From: Fistulifera solaris
Lineage: Eukaryota
Assembly (NCBI GenBank): GCA_030295235.1
Contig: AP026172.1
Span: forward strand, 682,001-746,000
DNA length: 64,000 nt
Direction of reading: 5' to 3'
Numbering within the stretch: the stretch's first letter is position 1; each line of letters starts with the position of its first letter. Positions 35,442 through 46,883 of this stretch are shown piece after piece. Below the pieces are notes generated by a model that saw only the letters and a program-made list of their open reading frames with translations, searched no databases and was not told the DNA's origin. A program made the position numbers and the translations under genes.

Positions 35442-36246
35442 ATGTACTTCATGTTTGCGTCGTTGCCGCAAAAGTCGACCATGATGATCTTTCGCCACAG
35501 CGTTCTGCAATTCCGAGCGAATTCCTTCAAGACGACAGCATGTCATCCTCGACGAACGCTGGAAGAAATGCTATCGGGCTACCGTAGCCAAACGACTGTG
35601 ACAACTTCTTCCTCCTCGAGCAATCAAACACGGTTCGTGTCCACGTCCCCGTTGCAGCGCATCTGGAAGGTTTACTCAGAATCCCTTCATGAACATCCTC
35701 TTTTTACGAAGGCTATCATGGCGGCGGCAATTTTCTTTGTTTCGGATACAGCATCCCAATACATTACACGGAAAGACAAGAATACCTTTGATTGGTGTCT
35801 CTCCCGAGCGCTTTCCGGTTCCACGTTCGGTATCATTGCTACCGTCGGTTTGCACTATTGGTGGGGACTGCTGGAAGCTGTTGTTAAGAAACGCTTGCCT
35901 CTGTCGACACACCGACTTGCCAACACGGCCACCAAAGTCTTTTTTAGACCAATCGATCAAGGCCCCACTTTATATTTACACGTATTTTGTATTGACCAAG
36001 TTTTTGAACGAACAAATGGATGGAACATCCGACTGGCAAAAATCCTGGAGAGAAGCGAATGCCAATGCCGCGGAAATGTTGCCTTCTACCATGTTGCAGC
36101 ACTGGCGGGTGTGGATTCCGGTGCATTCCTTTAATTTTTACTTTGTGCCCTTGCACCATCGGGTGTTGGTGCAAAACAGTATTCTAGTGTTTTGGAGTGG
36201 CTACCTCAGTTATCTCAATCATCAAAAGATCAGCACGTCATTGTAA
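35442..36246 (+). CDS. Mpv17/PMP22 family membrane protein; frameshift at ~35941
   Basis: YSESLHEHPLFTKA, SDTASQY, HYWWGLLE, KVF/LDQ, WRVWIPVHSFNFYFVPLHHRVLVQN..VFWSGYLS. Confidence 0.9.
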
Positions 36247-36566
36247 CAGACGAGAAGCATGATGACAAGCTAACACATCGCGCCACTTCACTTCACACGA
36301 GAAATGCAAGTTATAAGCAAAGTTACAGGTGAAAAAAGCCTGCCGTTTTCATTCAAAATTTTTGCTACGCGGCACCTTTTGAATCATACGTAGTATCAAA
36401 TAGTATAACCTAGTATTGTATATCTTATTGATTGTCTTGACAAGCAAACTAGGAACAGATTTAAGAGCTGTGTACTAGTGTTGCTAAAAAGTGTGTTGAC
36501 GGTGACTATTTGTATTCTTCATTATTCATAGCCACATGATCAACTTATGTTATTTGATCAAATAAA

Positions 36567-38062
36567 CTATTTCGTCACGATAATTTGTCGAGGCCCCGTC
36601 ATGACATCGGTAGCCTGGTGAACAGCGTAATCCCCGTAAAAGGGAAAGTCACCAGCACGATACACTTGAACAAAATAGTTGAGCTTCGTTTTGCCCATGT
36701 CATCAATATCCATCGCCGCTAGAGCCGTCTTGACGTCGGCGGGGGTGGCTTCCATCGGCTTGTCGGACACACCGGCCAACTTGCCGCCCAAAACAGTCAC
36801 AGGAGCACCCACCGCTGTTGCTTGGGATATCACACTTCGGACGGCACCCAACGACGCCTTTTGATGAGCGGTCAAAAGTGCAAGGCCTCGGCTTTTTCGC
36901 GGATGGTCTTGGCGGCGGCCACAACTTCTGCGGCCTTTTGCAAATCAGGAGTGACCGCAACTATCGCGCCAAGGATAGGACCTCCAGCCGTGGGAGCCGT
37001 GCCTTCGGGGAAGAATTGTTTCAACACGGAGAATGCGTAGGGAAAGTCGGCGCCGGCACCTGGGTACGTCGCGTGGTTGAGTTTTCCTGGCTCCATAAGT
37101 TGCTGCTGGACAATATGGGGAGCCGAAAATGGGGTGTCATCTCCGCTAATTACACCTGTTGTCTGCTCCCAGAACTTTCGGCGGAAAATTTCGTATTGTT
37201 CGACCGTAAACAAGGCATCCAACTTGGCCTTGTCTACCGGCGGAGCGCCAGGGGGGAATTGCTCCAAGTAGGCCGCCATGTTCTCTTCCCAAAACTGGTG
37301 ATCCTTCTCCATGTATTTAAAATCCAAGTGCTTCTCCGAGACAGCCGCCGGTCTCGTATCGGGATAAGCCTCACATTGATCCGCAAAGTTTTTCTTGAAA
37401 TCTGACAAGTATGTATCAGCGGAAGGCGCCTTTTCAGTTCCATCTTTACCGGTAGAGATGCCCTCTACCAATTCTGCAAAGAGTTTCTTTGATAGCGCGT
37501 ACTCTTCTGGGACCGCTGCACCAGGCTCCGAAATCATTCCTTTTAAGCACTCCATGAAATCATCATTTCCGGACTGTTCCGAACTAACAACAGCCACAAC
37601 AGCATGTCCATCTGCGGAAGCAACCTGTGCAGCGGCAAGAGCCGACGCTTCTCCAGCTCCATAAACCAAAATTGTTCCTTTCTTTGCTTTCGATTTTTCG
37701 ATAATGGTGCGAATAGCGGCGCAACCTTCCGCGGCATGACGTAGCAACGCTAAATATTCCAAAGGAATACCTTCCGCCGCTCCGAGATCTCCATAGATAC
37801 CATGCACCACCGTTCCAGTCGGACTCAGGGCCGCCGAATCTAGCGCCGATATTTGCTTTTTCGCCACATCGATGCAGTGTGCCGATGTAACCGGTCCTCG
37901 TTCCGGATCACGAGCTGGTGGTTCTGCCGTTGTATTGTAAATCGGTAGCGCTTCGTAGACTTCCGGCGCCAAGAGACTCATGTCCTTTGTTTTACGGCGG
38001 GTGGCAAAACAGCGCGACGCGACCGCACGCTTCGCCAAGGGAGCCAAACGACTAAGCATCAT
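36567..38062 (-). CDS. Probably mitochondrial MDR-like / NAD(P)-binding Rossmann protein; frameshift at ~36875
   Basis: Presequence MMLSRLAPLAKRAVASRCFA; ILVYGAGEASALAAAQVASADGHAVVAVV nucleotide-binding-like motif; C-terminal GPRQIIV. Confidence 0.6.
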
Positions 38063-38223
38063 AGTAGCGTTGCCTGCAATGAATCAATCAAATGTCGCTT
38101 CTCTTTCAGGGAAATACCTTCTAGAACAACAGCTCTATTGCGCGTTGTTGCGTGTTGCGGATGATATCGTACGTGACGCTGCGTGACCTACGACGTACGG
38201 ACTGGGTTTACAATAAGGGGTGC

Positions 38224-38242
38224 AATGACGTGGAATGACGTG
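38224..38242. promoter_or_regulatory. Tandem AATGACGTG bZIP-type sites upstream of the MDR-like gene
   Basis: AATGACGTG at 38224-38232 and 38234-38242 (10-bp period, about one helical turn); TGACGC at 38174. Confidence 0.45.
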
Positions 38243-38408
38243 TGACAGTGGGAGTCGTGAATTCATTTAACTTGGGTATGAAGAACATTCGTCCGTTGTT
38301 TTGAGTAAACACACTACTCCGGTACTAGCTCGAGACTCAGAGAGTATTATCCGTTCTTCCAGAATCCTAATAAATGGTGACGACTACTCCTAATATTTAT
38401 TCCTAATT

Positions 38409-40220
38409 TTATGCACTACTTCTTTTTAACAAAAAAGGATTCAATGCGCTTTGTTTTGTTCTTCTTTTCCCCAGAGTCTGCAAGCGTTCAGAGGCTTGTA
38501 ACAAGCGATTTTCTCGGTCAAAATCGGCCTGCAACTTTTCTGCCAAAATACGATCGGCATCTTCGTCTTTCTGTTTGGGTGTTATTGTTTCACCGATTAC
38601 GGTGCAATCCAGATTCAAATCCACGTGTTTCCGCTTCTTGGAGAGATTCTCCCCATCTTGACCACTTACACCCCTCTGAACGAAAAGATCCAGGCAAGAA
38701 GCGATAGTTATGAAATCGGATGCCGCAATTCCCAAACGATCAATGTTCGAAGTGCTTTCTTTACAATGCTGTAACAATTTGGATTGTATGTCGTGCACTA
38801 AGTGTCGCACTTTGGCATCCCTTTCCAGCCGCTGCGGAGGAAAGGAAGTGCGGAAGCTCTTGTTTTGATACAACAACTTCCGTTTGTCAAAGCGATCCGC
38901 GTTGGCATGAATTACAACAGTAGGATGATATTGAATAGTACAGACGCGTGGGTATCGATTGTTGCGATGGGCGTCTTTTTCAATGCGAGTAACTATGTCT
39001 CGTGCCAACAATTCAATCCAAGACGTCGTATCGCCTACGGGACAAGCCGTAAAAGATTTAAATGTTGTGACCGTTTTGGTGAGTGCACCTGTGTTCTTTG
39101 CCACGACGGGTTGCGGATCGATCCCTCGTGCCACATCGTAGACCCATCGCGCCGTTGCTTCATCGCCATGGAAACCTTCTACAAGTTGTGGCATTGACAA
39201 GTATTTGGCGATCGAAGCGACTGTTGTCGGAACATCTTGTGGCAATAGCGATTGAACAGCAGCGCCGACTTTGCCTCCTAGATTCCGACATTTTCGTATT
39301 TGTGTTTGTTCGAGCATGTACTCGACATATTCTGGCAACAATAGAGCCTGGCCGTTGGGTTTTCCGTAACCAGCCGATAACTTGGCCAATGTCTTGTTCA
39401 CGCTAATACCACAGCTCATGGTGAAGGAAAGTGTGTTTCGAACGTATTGACGTAACTGGTGGGCTAGCCAGCAGGCTCGTCGAAAGACATCGCCGTTCCA
39501 CGGCACACTTTCCTCTCCCTCCGGTCGAACTAGATGTGTTGTTTGCAAAATACTGTTCTCCTCGAGAAGATCTTGGCGTACGTTCCAGTAATCATCGTTT
39601 TTGTTCACGGCATCGGTAACATCTAAATAGAATTCATCAATGGAAGCTCGTTCTAGCATGATTTTCACATTGGTGTCGTCCATTTGTGACTTTTCCGTCT
39701 CCAAAAACTCATGAACCGTTTCGAATATTTTCGCCGACGCTATGCGGTAACATTCAATGCTAGCTTTTCCTTCGGCAGCAAACCGCCGAACCCATAAGTC
39801 TCTTTTTCGTGCTTCCTCTTGTTGCTCTTTCGACAATTTATACAGCGAATCGTATTCTTCTTGCAACGTTTCTGCCAGGCTCGTAGTAGTAGCGTTTGTC
39901 GTGTCTCCCTGGACGGGCAATAAAGGGACGTGTACGGCGTAGCATTTGCCACCCGACTTGTCCCGGACAGCTTCCCATCCATCTCCTCGCTCAATGGGCT
40001 GAGAAAATAGAGTTCTCGCCGGATACGTCACCGCCAAGGCTGAATTAAATTGCAACAATGCCAACGGTGTCGTCGTAACATCGAAACCCAACCGCACGCA
40101 TTCACATTGCGCATAGAAACAATCCAAATCCAGCAACAAAATGACGCGCTGCTGACGTTGTTTGTTGTTATGAGAGGCAGAAAGCATGCTTGTTTCTGTG
40201 AAAAACGACGACTCGAGCAT
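38409..40220 (-). CDS. POLH: Y-family DNA polymerase eta
   Basis: LLDLDCFYAQCE, AVTYPAR, YRIAS, ERASIDEFYLD, SCGISVNKTLAKLSAGYGKPNGQ, LGGKVG; C-terminal PIP-like QSALNPFL. Confidence 0.9.
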   Translation of the reverse strand: MLESSFFTETSMLSASHNNKQRQQRVILLLDLDCFYAQCECVRLGFDVTTTPLALLQFNSALAVTYPARTLFSQPIERGDGWEAVRDKSGGKCYAVHVPLLPVQGDTTNATTTSLAETLQEEYDSLYKLSKEQQEEARKRDLWVRRFAAEGKASIECYRIASAKIFETVHEFLETEKSQMDDTNVKIMLERASIDEFYLDVTDAVNKNDDYWNVRQDLLEENSILQTTHLVRPEGEESVPWNGDVFRRACWLAHQLRQYVRNTLSFTMSCGISVNKTLAKLSAGYGKPNGQALLLPEYVEYMLEQTQIRKCRNLGGKVGAAVQSLLPQDVPTTVASIAKYLSMPQLVEGFHGDEATARWVYDVARGIDPQPVVAKNTGALTKTVTTFKSFTACPVGDTTSWIELLARDIVTRIEKDAHRNNRYPRVCTIQYHPTVVIHANADRFDKRKLLYQNKSFRTSFPPQRLERDAKVRHLVHDIQSKLLQHCKESTSNIDRLGIAASDFITIASCLDLFVQRGVSGQDGENLSKKRKHVDLNLDCTVIGETITPKQKDEDADRILAEKLQADFDRENRLLQASERLQTLGKRRTKQSALNPFLLKRSSA

Positions 40221-40511
40221 CAATGCTGTCGTGAAATGCAAGGAGGTACTTGTACTCTACTAGAACGTTTTCCACCCGTTCCTCTTAGAGCTTCACGCGC
40301 TGTAAACTTGTTTTATGATGTTCAGAAGCGCGTAACAGCATCGCAATATAGATGCGTTGAAAAGAATTACTTGCTGATAATTTAAAAGAGTGAAAAGAAA
40401 ATATGCTGCCAAACGAAAGGAAATTGTAATAATATATTCAAAAGCAATGCCGTTCTGTGAGTCACGATAGAAAGTCGTGTCACAAAAGCCAAAAATAAAC
40501 GGCAAAAGACA

Positions 40512-40584
40512 TGGAGAATGGGGAAATCGAATCCCCGACCTATTGTATGCGAAACAATCGCTCTACCAACTGAGCTAATTCCCC
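40512..40584 (-). tRNA. trnA-CGC: tRNA-Ala(CGC)
   Basis: GGGGAAT TAGCTCAGTTGGTAGAGC G ATTGT TTCGCAT ACAAT AGGTC GGGGA TTCGATT TCCCC ATTCTCC A: full cloverleaf, G3:U70 alanine determinant, downstream T4 terminator. Confidence 0.95.
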
Positions 40585-40834
40585 ATTATCAGTTTTTGTC
40601 AATTTATTATTTACATATATTATAGAACGGCATTAAAATTCTGCCTCGTCGTAGCTGCTACGTAGAATCTTGTACAAGAAGCAGAATTTCAACGTCCTTT
40701 CCATATTTCTAAAGACAATTCAAAGGGTGGCTTAGGATCTAGTTTAGACAAGTGTAAATTTTTATAGAAAATATTACGAGGTAGTCTCAGAATCCCCCAG
40801 GGAAGTCAAAGTCGTTTCCATGGAGGAATCCCCT

Positions 40835-41182
40835 TTACTGGAAACGTAGTTCGATGTCGTTGCTCTCGTTCACAACATCCTTGCCACTTTCTTGGCTTGT
40901 TTCTGTCGTACGCTCTTCATCAGATGGATCTTGGCAAAGATACTCAGAGAACGAGTTAATTGTTCCTTCTTCAAACAATTGTTTCAACTTTCGGTGCGCC
41001 GCATTAATTTCACGGATACGACCGGCATAGCCGACTTCCGAAGGACCGCAGAACGCCTTCAAATCGAACGTTTTGCGTTCGATGGCTGTAAATTCTTCTT
41101 CTACATTGGCACACTTGCGAAAATCGTTGGGTCGAATGTCCAGCAACACCATTTGGCTTCTGATTTCAGCTGGGTGGATCAT
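40835..41182 (-). CDS. Small hypothetical protein, possibly a degenerate J-domain-like helical bundle
   Basis: 115-aa ORF; EEEFTAIERK...RIREINAAHRKLKQLF follows J-domain helix II/III spacing but has no HPD. Confidence 0.35.
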   Translation of the reverse strand: MIHPAEIRSQMVLLDIRPNDFRKCANVEEEFTAIERKTFDLKAFCGPSEVGYAGRIREINAAHRKLKQLFEEGTINSFSEYLCQDPSDEERTTETSQESGKDVVNESNDIELRFQ

Positions 41183-41537
41183 GATATAGCACTTTCTCGA
41201 TTGTCGAGTTTGAGGCGTAATGGTGAGGAAGGATTAATTTACAAAAGTGAATGTCATTGACAGCGACGTGGAACAGGAAACAAATTGCATTAGGATGTTT
41301 TCGAAATGCAACGAAAGAGAGATTTTGTGAGATGGACTTCGTTCGAAACGAGGTAAAGCGGCACTCATCGCGGAATCGAACAATCGAGCTCAAAACCGCT
41401 CTGACGCGCATCCATTCGTGTACAGGCGTGTGACCCTTTTCCGCATGATGACGCCCAGCAATACAAGCATTTTATTATCCTCTGACATATCCAAGAAAGT
41501 GAACCAATAACAACAATATCTACTTAAATATCGAATC

Positions 41538-42344
41538 ATGCCCGCCCCTCGAATTCATAATGTAGGAGAAGCCGCCGGACCCGATCAGTGGTTTCAATCG
41601 CTTCCGATTGTGACGCAATATTGGCTTGGTGCTTCCATGGTGGTGACATTAGCGGGGAACTTTGGTATTATTTCACCCATGCAATTGATCTTTTCTTGGC
41701 CCATGATTAAAGATAATTTTGAACTATGGCGTTTGCTAACGCCTTTTTGCTTTGTGGGGGCCTTTAGCTTCAATACACTCATCACGATGTTCATGTTGGT
41801 GAACATGAGTCAGCAATACGAAAAGGGGGGACCGTACAATACCGGAGCGGGAGGAGGGACGGCCGATTATGTATTCATGCTCATGTTCGGAGCGGTCGTA
41901 TTACTTTTGACGTACCCCCTATTGGCAGCCTACGCTGCCATGGCACCGCTCTTTGCGCGAAATTTAGTGTTTTTCGTTCTGTACACGTGGAGCAAACGAC
42001 ATCCCACATCCCAGGCCAATATATGGGGTGTGCCCGTCCCGGCGGCTTACTTGCCTTTTGCGTACGTCGCGTTAACAATATTCATGGGAAACCCAGTGAT
42101 GGATTTAGTGCACGGCATGATTGTGGGACATCTGTATTATTTCTTGGCCGAAGTGGTCCCCCGCGTGCATGGCAAAGATATTCTAGTAACACCACAATTC
42201 TTGATTGATCGACTTGGGGTGGGTGAATATCGTCCGCAAGCTCCTCTGCGGAATCCGGCAGATGTTGCCCGAGGTGCGGCACCCGCAAATCCTCGTGGAG
42301 GACACAATTGGGGAGGAGCTGGACAAGCTCTTGGACGTGGCTAG
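41538..42344 (+). CDS. DER1: Derlin (DER1-like ERAD component), host type
   Basis: WFQSLPIVTQYW, FELWRLLT, ADYVFML, YTWSKRHP, AYLPFA, GMIVGHLYYFL, LVTPQFL; C-terminal WGGAGQALG SHP-like box; no signal peptide. Confidence 0.93.
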   Translation: MPAPRIHNVGEAAGPDQWFQSLPIVTQYWLGASMVVTLAGNFGIISPMQLIFSWPMIKDNFELWRLLTPFCFVGAFSFNTLITMFMLVNMSQQYEKGGPYNTGAGGGTADYVFMLMFGAVVLLLTYPLLAAYAAMAPLFARNLVFFVLYTWSKRHPTSQANIWGVPVPAAYLPFAYVALTIFMGNPVMDLVHGMIVGHLYYFLAEVVPRVHGKDILVTPQFLIDRLGVGEYRPQAPLRNPADVARGAAPANPRGGHNWGGAGQALGRG

Positions 42345-42410
42345 TCTACTTTTCGCAATGGAGCAATCCGTCCGTGACTTTAGCTAAAAAGATAGTTTTA
42401 GTAGTTACAG

Positions 42411-44679
42411 TTATGATTCATTTTCAGAAATGCCATATTCACGCTCGATTCGCTCTTTCAGGAGTAAACCCACCATTACTTTTTTTCCAACGCTGTAGGA
42501 CTGTTTTACGTCGCCTCTCTTCCTCGTTTAACATTTCGTACTGAGACACTTCTCGCATGGCCTCCCGCACTAGATCGGCATTGTGCTCGTGCACCGCGAT
42601 ACCGCTAATACTGGGAGTTCGATTTCCACCGTGACCTTCGAATCCAATCAAGCACGGTGCGTACGGAATGCACAATTTTTTGGCCACGGCAGCTGCGCCT
42701 CTTACATCGATATGCAAAAGGCCTGGTGGTAACAAAGCTTTCTCAACGTTGCGATGGCCATTCACAGGGATGGGATCCGTCGGACCAACATAGGGTGGCG
42801 ACCAAGGATCTGTTTGCCATATCGCATATAGCAACTCTTCCTCGCCCTGTTCTAGTGTCTGAGAATCCAATTCGGCTTGACGATCAGCGTCTTTTCAGAA
42901 TGCTCGCTCGCTGAACTTCGCTCCCGTCATTAACTTTCCCTACTCCATAAGTAGTGAGTGCTTGGAATGCTTTGGCGCCTTTGGGCCGTTTCCGAGCTTT
43001 GATTTTCTTCACGGGTACTTCGCCTTCTTTTACACGTCGTCTGTGATAGGGCCACTGCCGGGCTGGACGGGCTATCGACACATCCGAGCGTAAATACACG
43101 CGCTCTCCTTTGACAAATCCGCAAACTTTCGCTGTAGGATCGATAACTTCTGCTACGCCCAACAGCGAGGGAATCACGTATAGTGGACTTGTTCGAAAGG
43201 CTGTTTTAGTTGTGGGTATCGCTTCTTGTTTCGCAGCCTGTAACAACTCCTTTGCTTCTTCTGAATCATTATGATGATCTAAATCAGGAAAAGGAATGTT
43301 TTCTTTTGCAGGAGGCTTTCTGTCATCGTCTTCATCGGATAAGATAATCGCACTGGCAACACTCTTCCCATTGTTGTCTGTCTTTGCAGTTGATACACCA
43401 AGGTCTCTCGAAGGTTTCCCAGTTATTCTTCGAATTGTATCTAGCCACCACGTGTCATCTGTTTCCAATTTCTTTTCCCCCTAACAAAACCCCGTTGCCG
43501 CAGGGCTTCCACCCAACTACTCGCATACCGTGCTGTCACATCTGTGAGGTGAAATTGGCCATTTCCCTTGGCTTCTTCCAAGATAGCATGTTCCACAGCA
43601 ACGACATAACCTGGTGTGATCTTTTGTCTCTTTACTTCGCTACTATTCTTCTTCCACAAGGCTTCGACTTGTTGCGGTTGATTTACAATGTAGCGAATAG
43701 GATCTGCATGAATCCACTTGCACTGCGTTTTTCCGCTGTCAATCTTTCTCTTTCCTTTTTCTGGTGAAGCGGAACAACAATATATCTCCGTCCATTCCAA
43801 CATATTCGGCATATTTTCTGAAGACGGTGAAGCGGATAGCAGTGGGTGGTGCACTGTGAGATCCCGCGAGATGGGATCGATAGCTTGAACGAACCGTGTC
43901 CTCCAACCCAATGACCGTGTCATGGCAATAAATAGTGCGAGATTCAAATCATCAGAGTTCTTCACCCCTGGCTGATTTTCTAACAACTGAGGGTCTTCTT
44001 CTGCTGTATTGGAAAGCGTGGCGGCATATTGTAACAACTGTTTGGTGTCGAAGCGAAATAATTCCTCCGGCAAAACGGGGCGTAGTCTTCGCGACCGAGG
44101 TGCCCCGGCTCGGCGATTTGCCACAGTCCTCTCGTGACGACGTCGTTCTGCACCTCCCACCCAGGTCGAAAACCATGTCATAAAGCTCTCGAGCGTATTC
44201 AAAGTAGGAAGTGTCGTCTCACAAAACCGTACTGGAATCAAACTCAGAGCGATCGCCAGCACTTCCTCGGACGCACAACGCGAAGAAGCCATCACAGCAC
44301 GACTGGTCATTGTCAGCAAGTGAGTTTGATGAAGATTCTTCAATAGAGACTGCTGACTCGGTGGCAACGACTCGAATCGGAACTTTTCTCTACGCTTCGT
44401 CACTTTGCGTTTCACTTGCACCTTTTTATTCTTGGGCACATTCAAATCAATCGTAACCGGTTGCAAGCTGTCTGAAATTTCGTCATTTTCGGCATCTTCC
44501 CACTCCAAATCGTCCTCCTCACTCTCTAACGAAAACGCAGCGTTTGTCGGCTGCAATTTTCCCTCGCCTTCGTCGTCGCTTGTTTCCTCGTTCAGCAGCG
44601 AAAATCCTTGCTGCTTGGTCCATTGTTCAAAATCTTCTTCTTCTTCATCGTCGGAGGCAAGATTCCAGTTGAAGCTCAT
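42411..44679 (-). CDS. XPC: XPC/Rad4 nucleotide-excision-repair damage sensor; about 3 frameshifts
   Basis: LFIAMTRSLGWRTRFV, EWTEIY, WIHADP, TDVTARYA (TGD); FRTSPLYVI, GERVYLRSDV, LYAIWQT, IPVNGHRNVE, PYAPCLIGFE (BHD1-3); corrected C-terminus RWKKVMVGLLLKERIEREYG. Confidence 0.88.
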
Positions 44680-45049
44680 GCGGTGTTTGAATGAATGAAT
44701 GCGAAGTAACACTCGCGTGGATCGTGTTTGTGGTGCTTGGATCAATTCTCGGCAATAAAATAGTTGAGGAGTGACTTCTCGCAAAATACAGAAAAAAGAA
44801 AGCTCATTTCCAGGTACGCATTACGAGTACGAGCGCCAAAATGCAGCGGATGGTGGTACGGACAGACCGGTACTCGACGCTCCGCAAGATTTTTCGCAAT
44901 AAGCAGCGCAGCTATATAGAGAGAGAGCGTCCGTGCAGCGGGATTTGTGCGCATTAGAATCGCATTAGTCGTTTGCGTTGCCGTACGTACATCGAAACAT
45001 CAATCATCTAATATTATCATTTCCTTAAATAATACACCAAAAAAAGAAA

Positions 45050-46732
45050 ATGACCACGTCGAATAAACGCAACAGTAGCAGCAGCAGCAGCGCCGGTCCA
45101 GCGAAACGCCCTCGCCGTAACGTGAAATACGCGTGCGAATGGACCAGCCCCGGCACGGATGCGGGTGAACTCTTTGACCCCGATACGTTGGAATATGAAA
45201 GTGTAAGACTGCAGTCTCTCGATGGAAAGGACGTCCTTCATATCCGTATTGGTCAAGTGGTGCAGTTGTTGAGTAGTGGTGAAGAGTTGTGGATTTGTCG
45301 CGTCGAACACTTGTTTCAAACGGCCGGCGCGGATCCACAATTTCGAGGAAGATGGTTCTACGGGGAAGCCGATTTGCAGCGTCTTTTAGCCGAATGTCAA
45401 GATGAAGGAGAAGAGCGTGCATTGGAGGATCTCTGTCAGCAGTTGGGTGATTCGGAACTCGTTTTGAGTAATGTCGAAGAGGATAATCCTCTCGCTTCGA
45501 TTGCAGATATACGGATCGTCCAGTATGAACCTGATTTGGTATCGCCGCACCAGTTCCTATGTCGCCATTGTTTAGATTGGGATTCGGAGAGCAAATTTTT
45601 CTCAATTCGCCCGATTAACGACTCGGATAAATCGTCGTCGAACGAAAAGGACACCAGTCAGGAAGAGGATGACGAAGAGGATGACGACGACGAAAACAGT
45701 CAAAGCAGCAAAAGCGACGACTACTCTCATGTTATACAAGAGGGAGAAGGTAGCACACGACGAGGCGATATTCAAGTTGGAGATAACTACCAAGCGTCGG
45801 TTGGGCCTTTCGTACCGAACCAGAAAGTTGTCTCGCGTCGTCCGAAACTCTGGTGGAAGCCGGGTTGCATTGCCGACGACAATCTCAAGGCCTTTTCAGA
45901 TAAGGTTGCCGCTATTCAGACCCCTTTCTTGCTGGAAAATAACATGGCTAGTGAGGAACCTTACACACCACTTTCTACTTCGCGAGCGCGAGAGTTCGTG
46001 AAATATTTCCCTGAGGGAGAAATACTCACTGCTTCGCACATGAGCTCCGCATGCATCGCCCTGGGAAAGGACTACTCTAAGCTTTTCAAAGAGTGTGATA
46101 TAGATGAGGTAATTTCTGTACTTGCCGAGTCAGACTTTAATGCGAGCGACGCTATCAGCTTTATTCAAAAAGACCATGAAAGGATATCGAGTGCCTGGAC
46201 CGCTACTGAACGAGAGATTTTTGACCTAAGTTACCGGCGCAATCACGGAAACTTGCGTATTGTTGCTCAAGATCTAATGACTAAAACAATGAAGCAAGTG
46301 GTGGATTACTTCTACCGCTTCAAGATTCCCGATCAGTTCCGCCTCTATCAGAACAAGAAGCGTGAGCAGGCCATGTACCTGATGGATTGCATCGACAAGC
46401 GTCGACGTGGTCTTCCGATTCCCGCGCCCAAGTTCAACGAAAGCGACGGGGAGAGTGACGACGAAAACACGAAGATTAAATCATCTCAATGGCAAGAACA
46501 CAACGCGGACGAAGGGTTACAATCGGTGGATCGTAGGTACAACGCTGCGAAGAAGCTTCTTCATGAAGTCTATTCGCAAATGGGGGAAGACATATTCATG
46601 AAGGTCGCTGCGGCTGTGAGGAAACTTCGGACGTCATATGATCGAACTTTGAAGGAATCGATCCTCCGTGAACTCAAAGGGCACCCTGATCTACAACGAC
46701 GATTCTTAGATTTTCTACCGCGGGACGTGTAA
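45050..46732 (+). CDS. BAH + ELM2 + SANT chromatin protein (MTA/RERE-like) with possible C-terminal PAH-like helices
   Basis: BAH (IRIGQVV..WICRVEHL..FRGRWFY..ELVLS), ELM2 (DIQVGDNYQA), SANT (WTATEREIF...KTMKQVVDYFYRFK), LKGHPDLQRRFLDFLP. Confidence 0.85.
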   Translation: MTTSNKRNSSSSSSAGPAKRPRRNVKYACEWTSPGTDAGELFDPDTLEYESVRLQSLDGKDVLHIRIGQVVQLLSSGEELWICRVEHLFQTAGADPQFRGRWFYGEADLQRLLAECQDEGEERALEDLCQQLGDSELVLSNVEEDNPLASIADIRIVQYEPDLVSPHQFLCRHCLDWDSESKFFSIRPINDSDKSSSNEKDTSQEEDDEEDDDDENSQSSKSDDYSHVIQEGEGSTRRGDIQVGDNYQASVGPFVPNQKVVSRRPKLWWKPGCIADDNLKAFSDKVAAIQTPFLLENNMASEEPYTPLSTSRAREFVKYFPEGEILTASHMSSACIALGKDYSKLFKECDIDEVISVLAESDFNASDAISFIQKDHERISSAWTATEREIFDLSYRRNHGNLRIVAQDLMTKTMKQVVDYFYRFKIPDQFRLYQNKKREQAMYLMDCIDKRRRGLPIPAPKFNESDGESDDENTKIKSSQWQEHNADEGLQSVDRRYNAAKKLLHEVYSQMGEDIFMKVAAAVRKLRTSYDRTLKESILRELKGHPDLQRRFLDFLPRDV

Positions 46733-46883
46733 AAATAAAGAAAAATTACCGAAATTATTATCAAATTTGTATCCTGTCGGAAATAAAATAACAGCTCTTT
46801 TCGATAAGCTATCAGAATCCGGTACGAAGGGTCTTATGGAAAACATGAAAAATTTGGCCACGTATGCAATTAAGAGCTTACCC

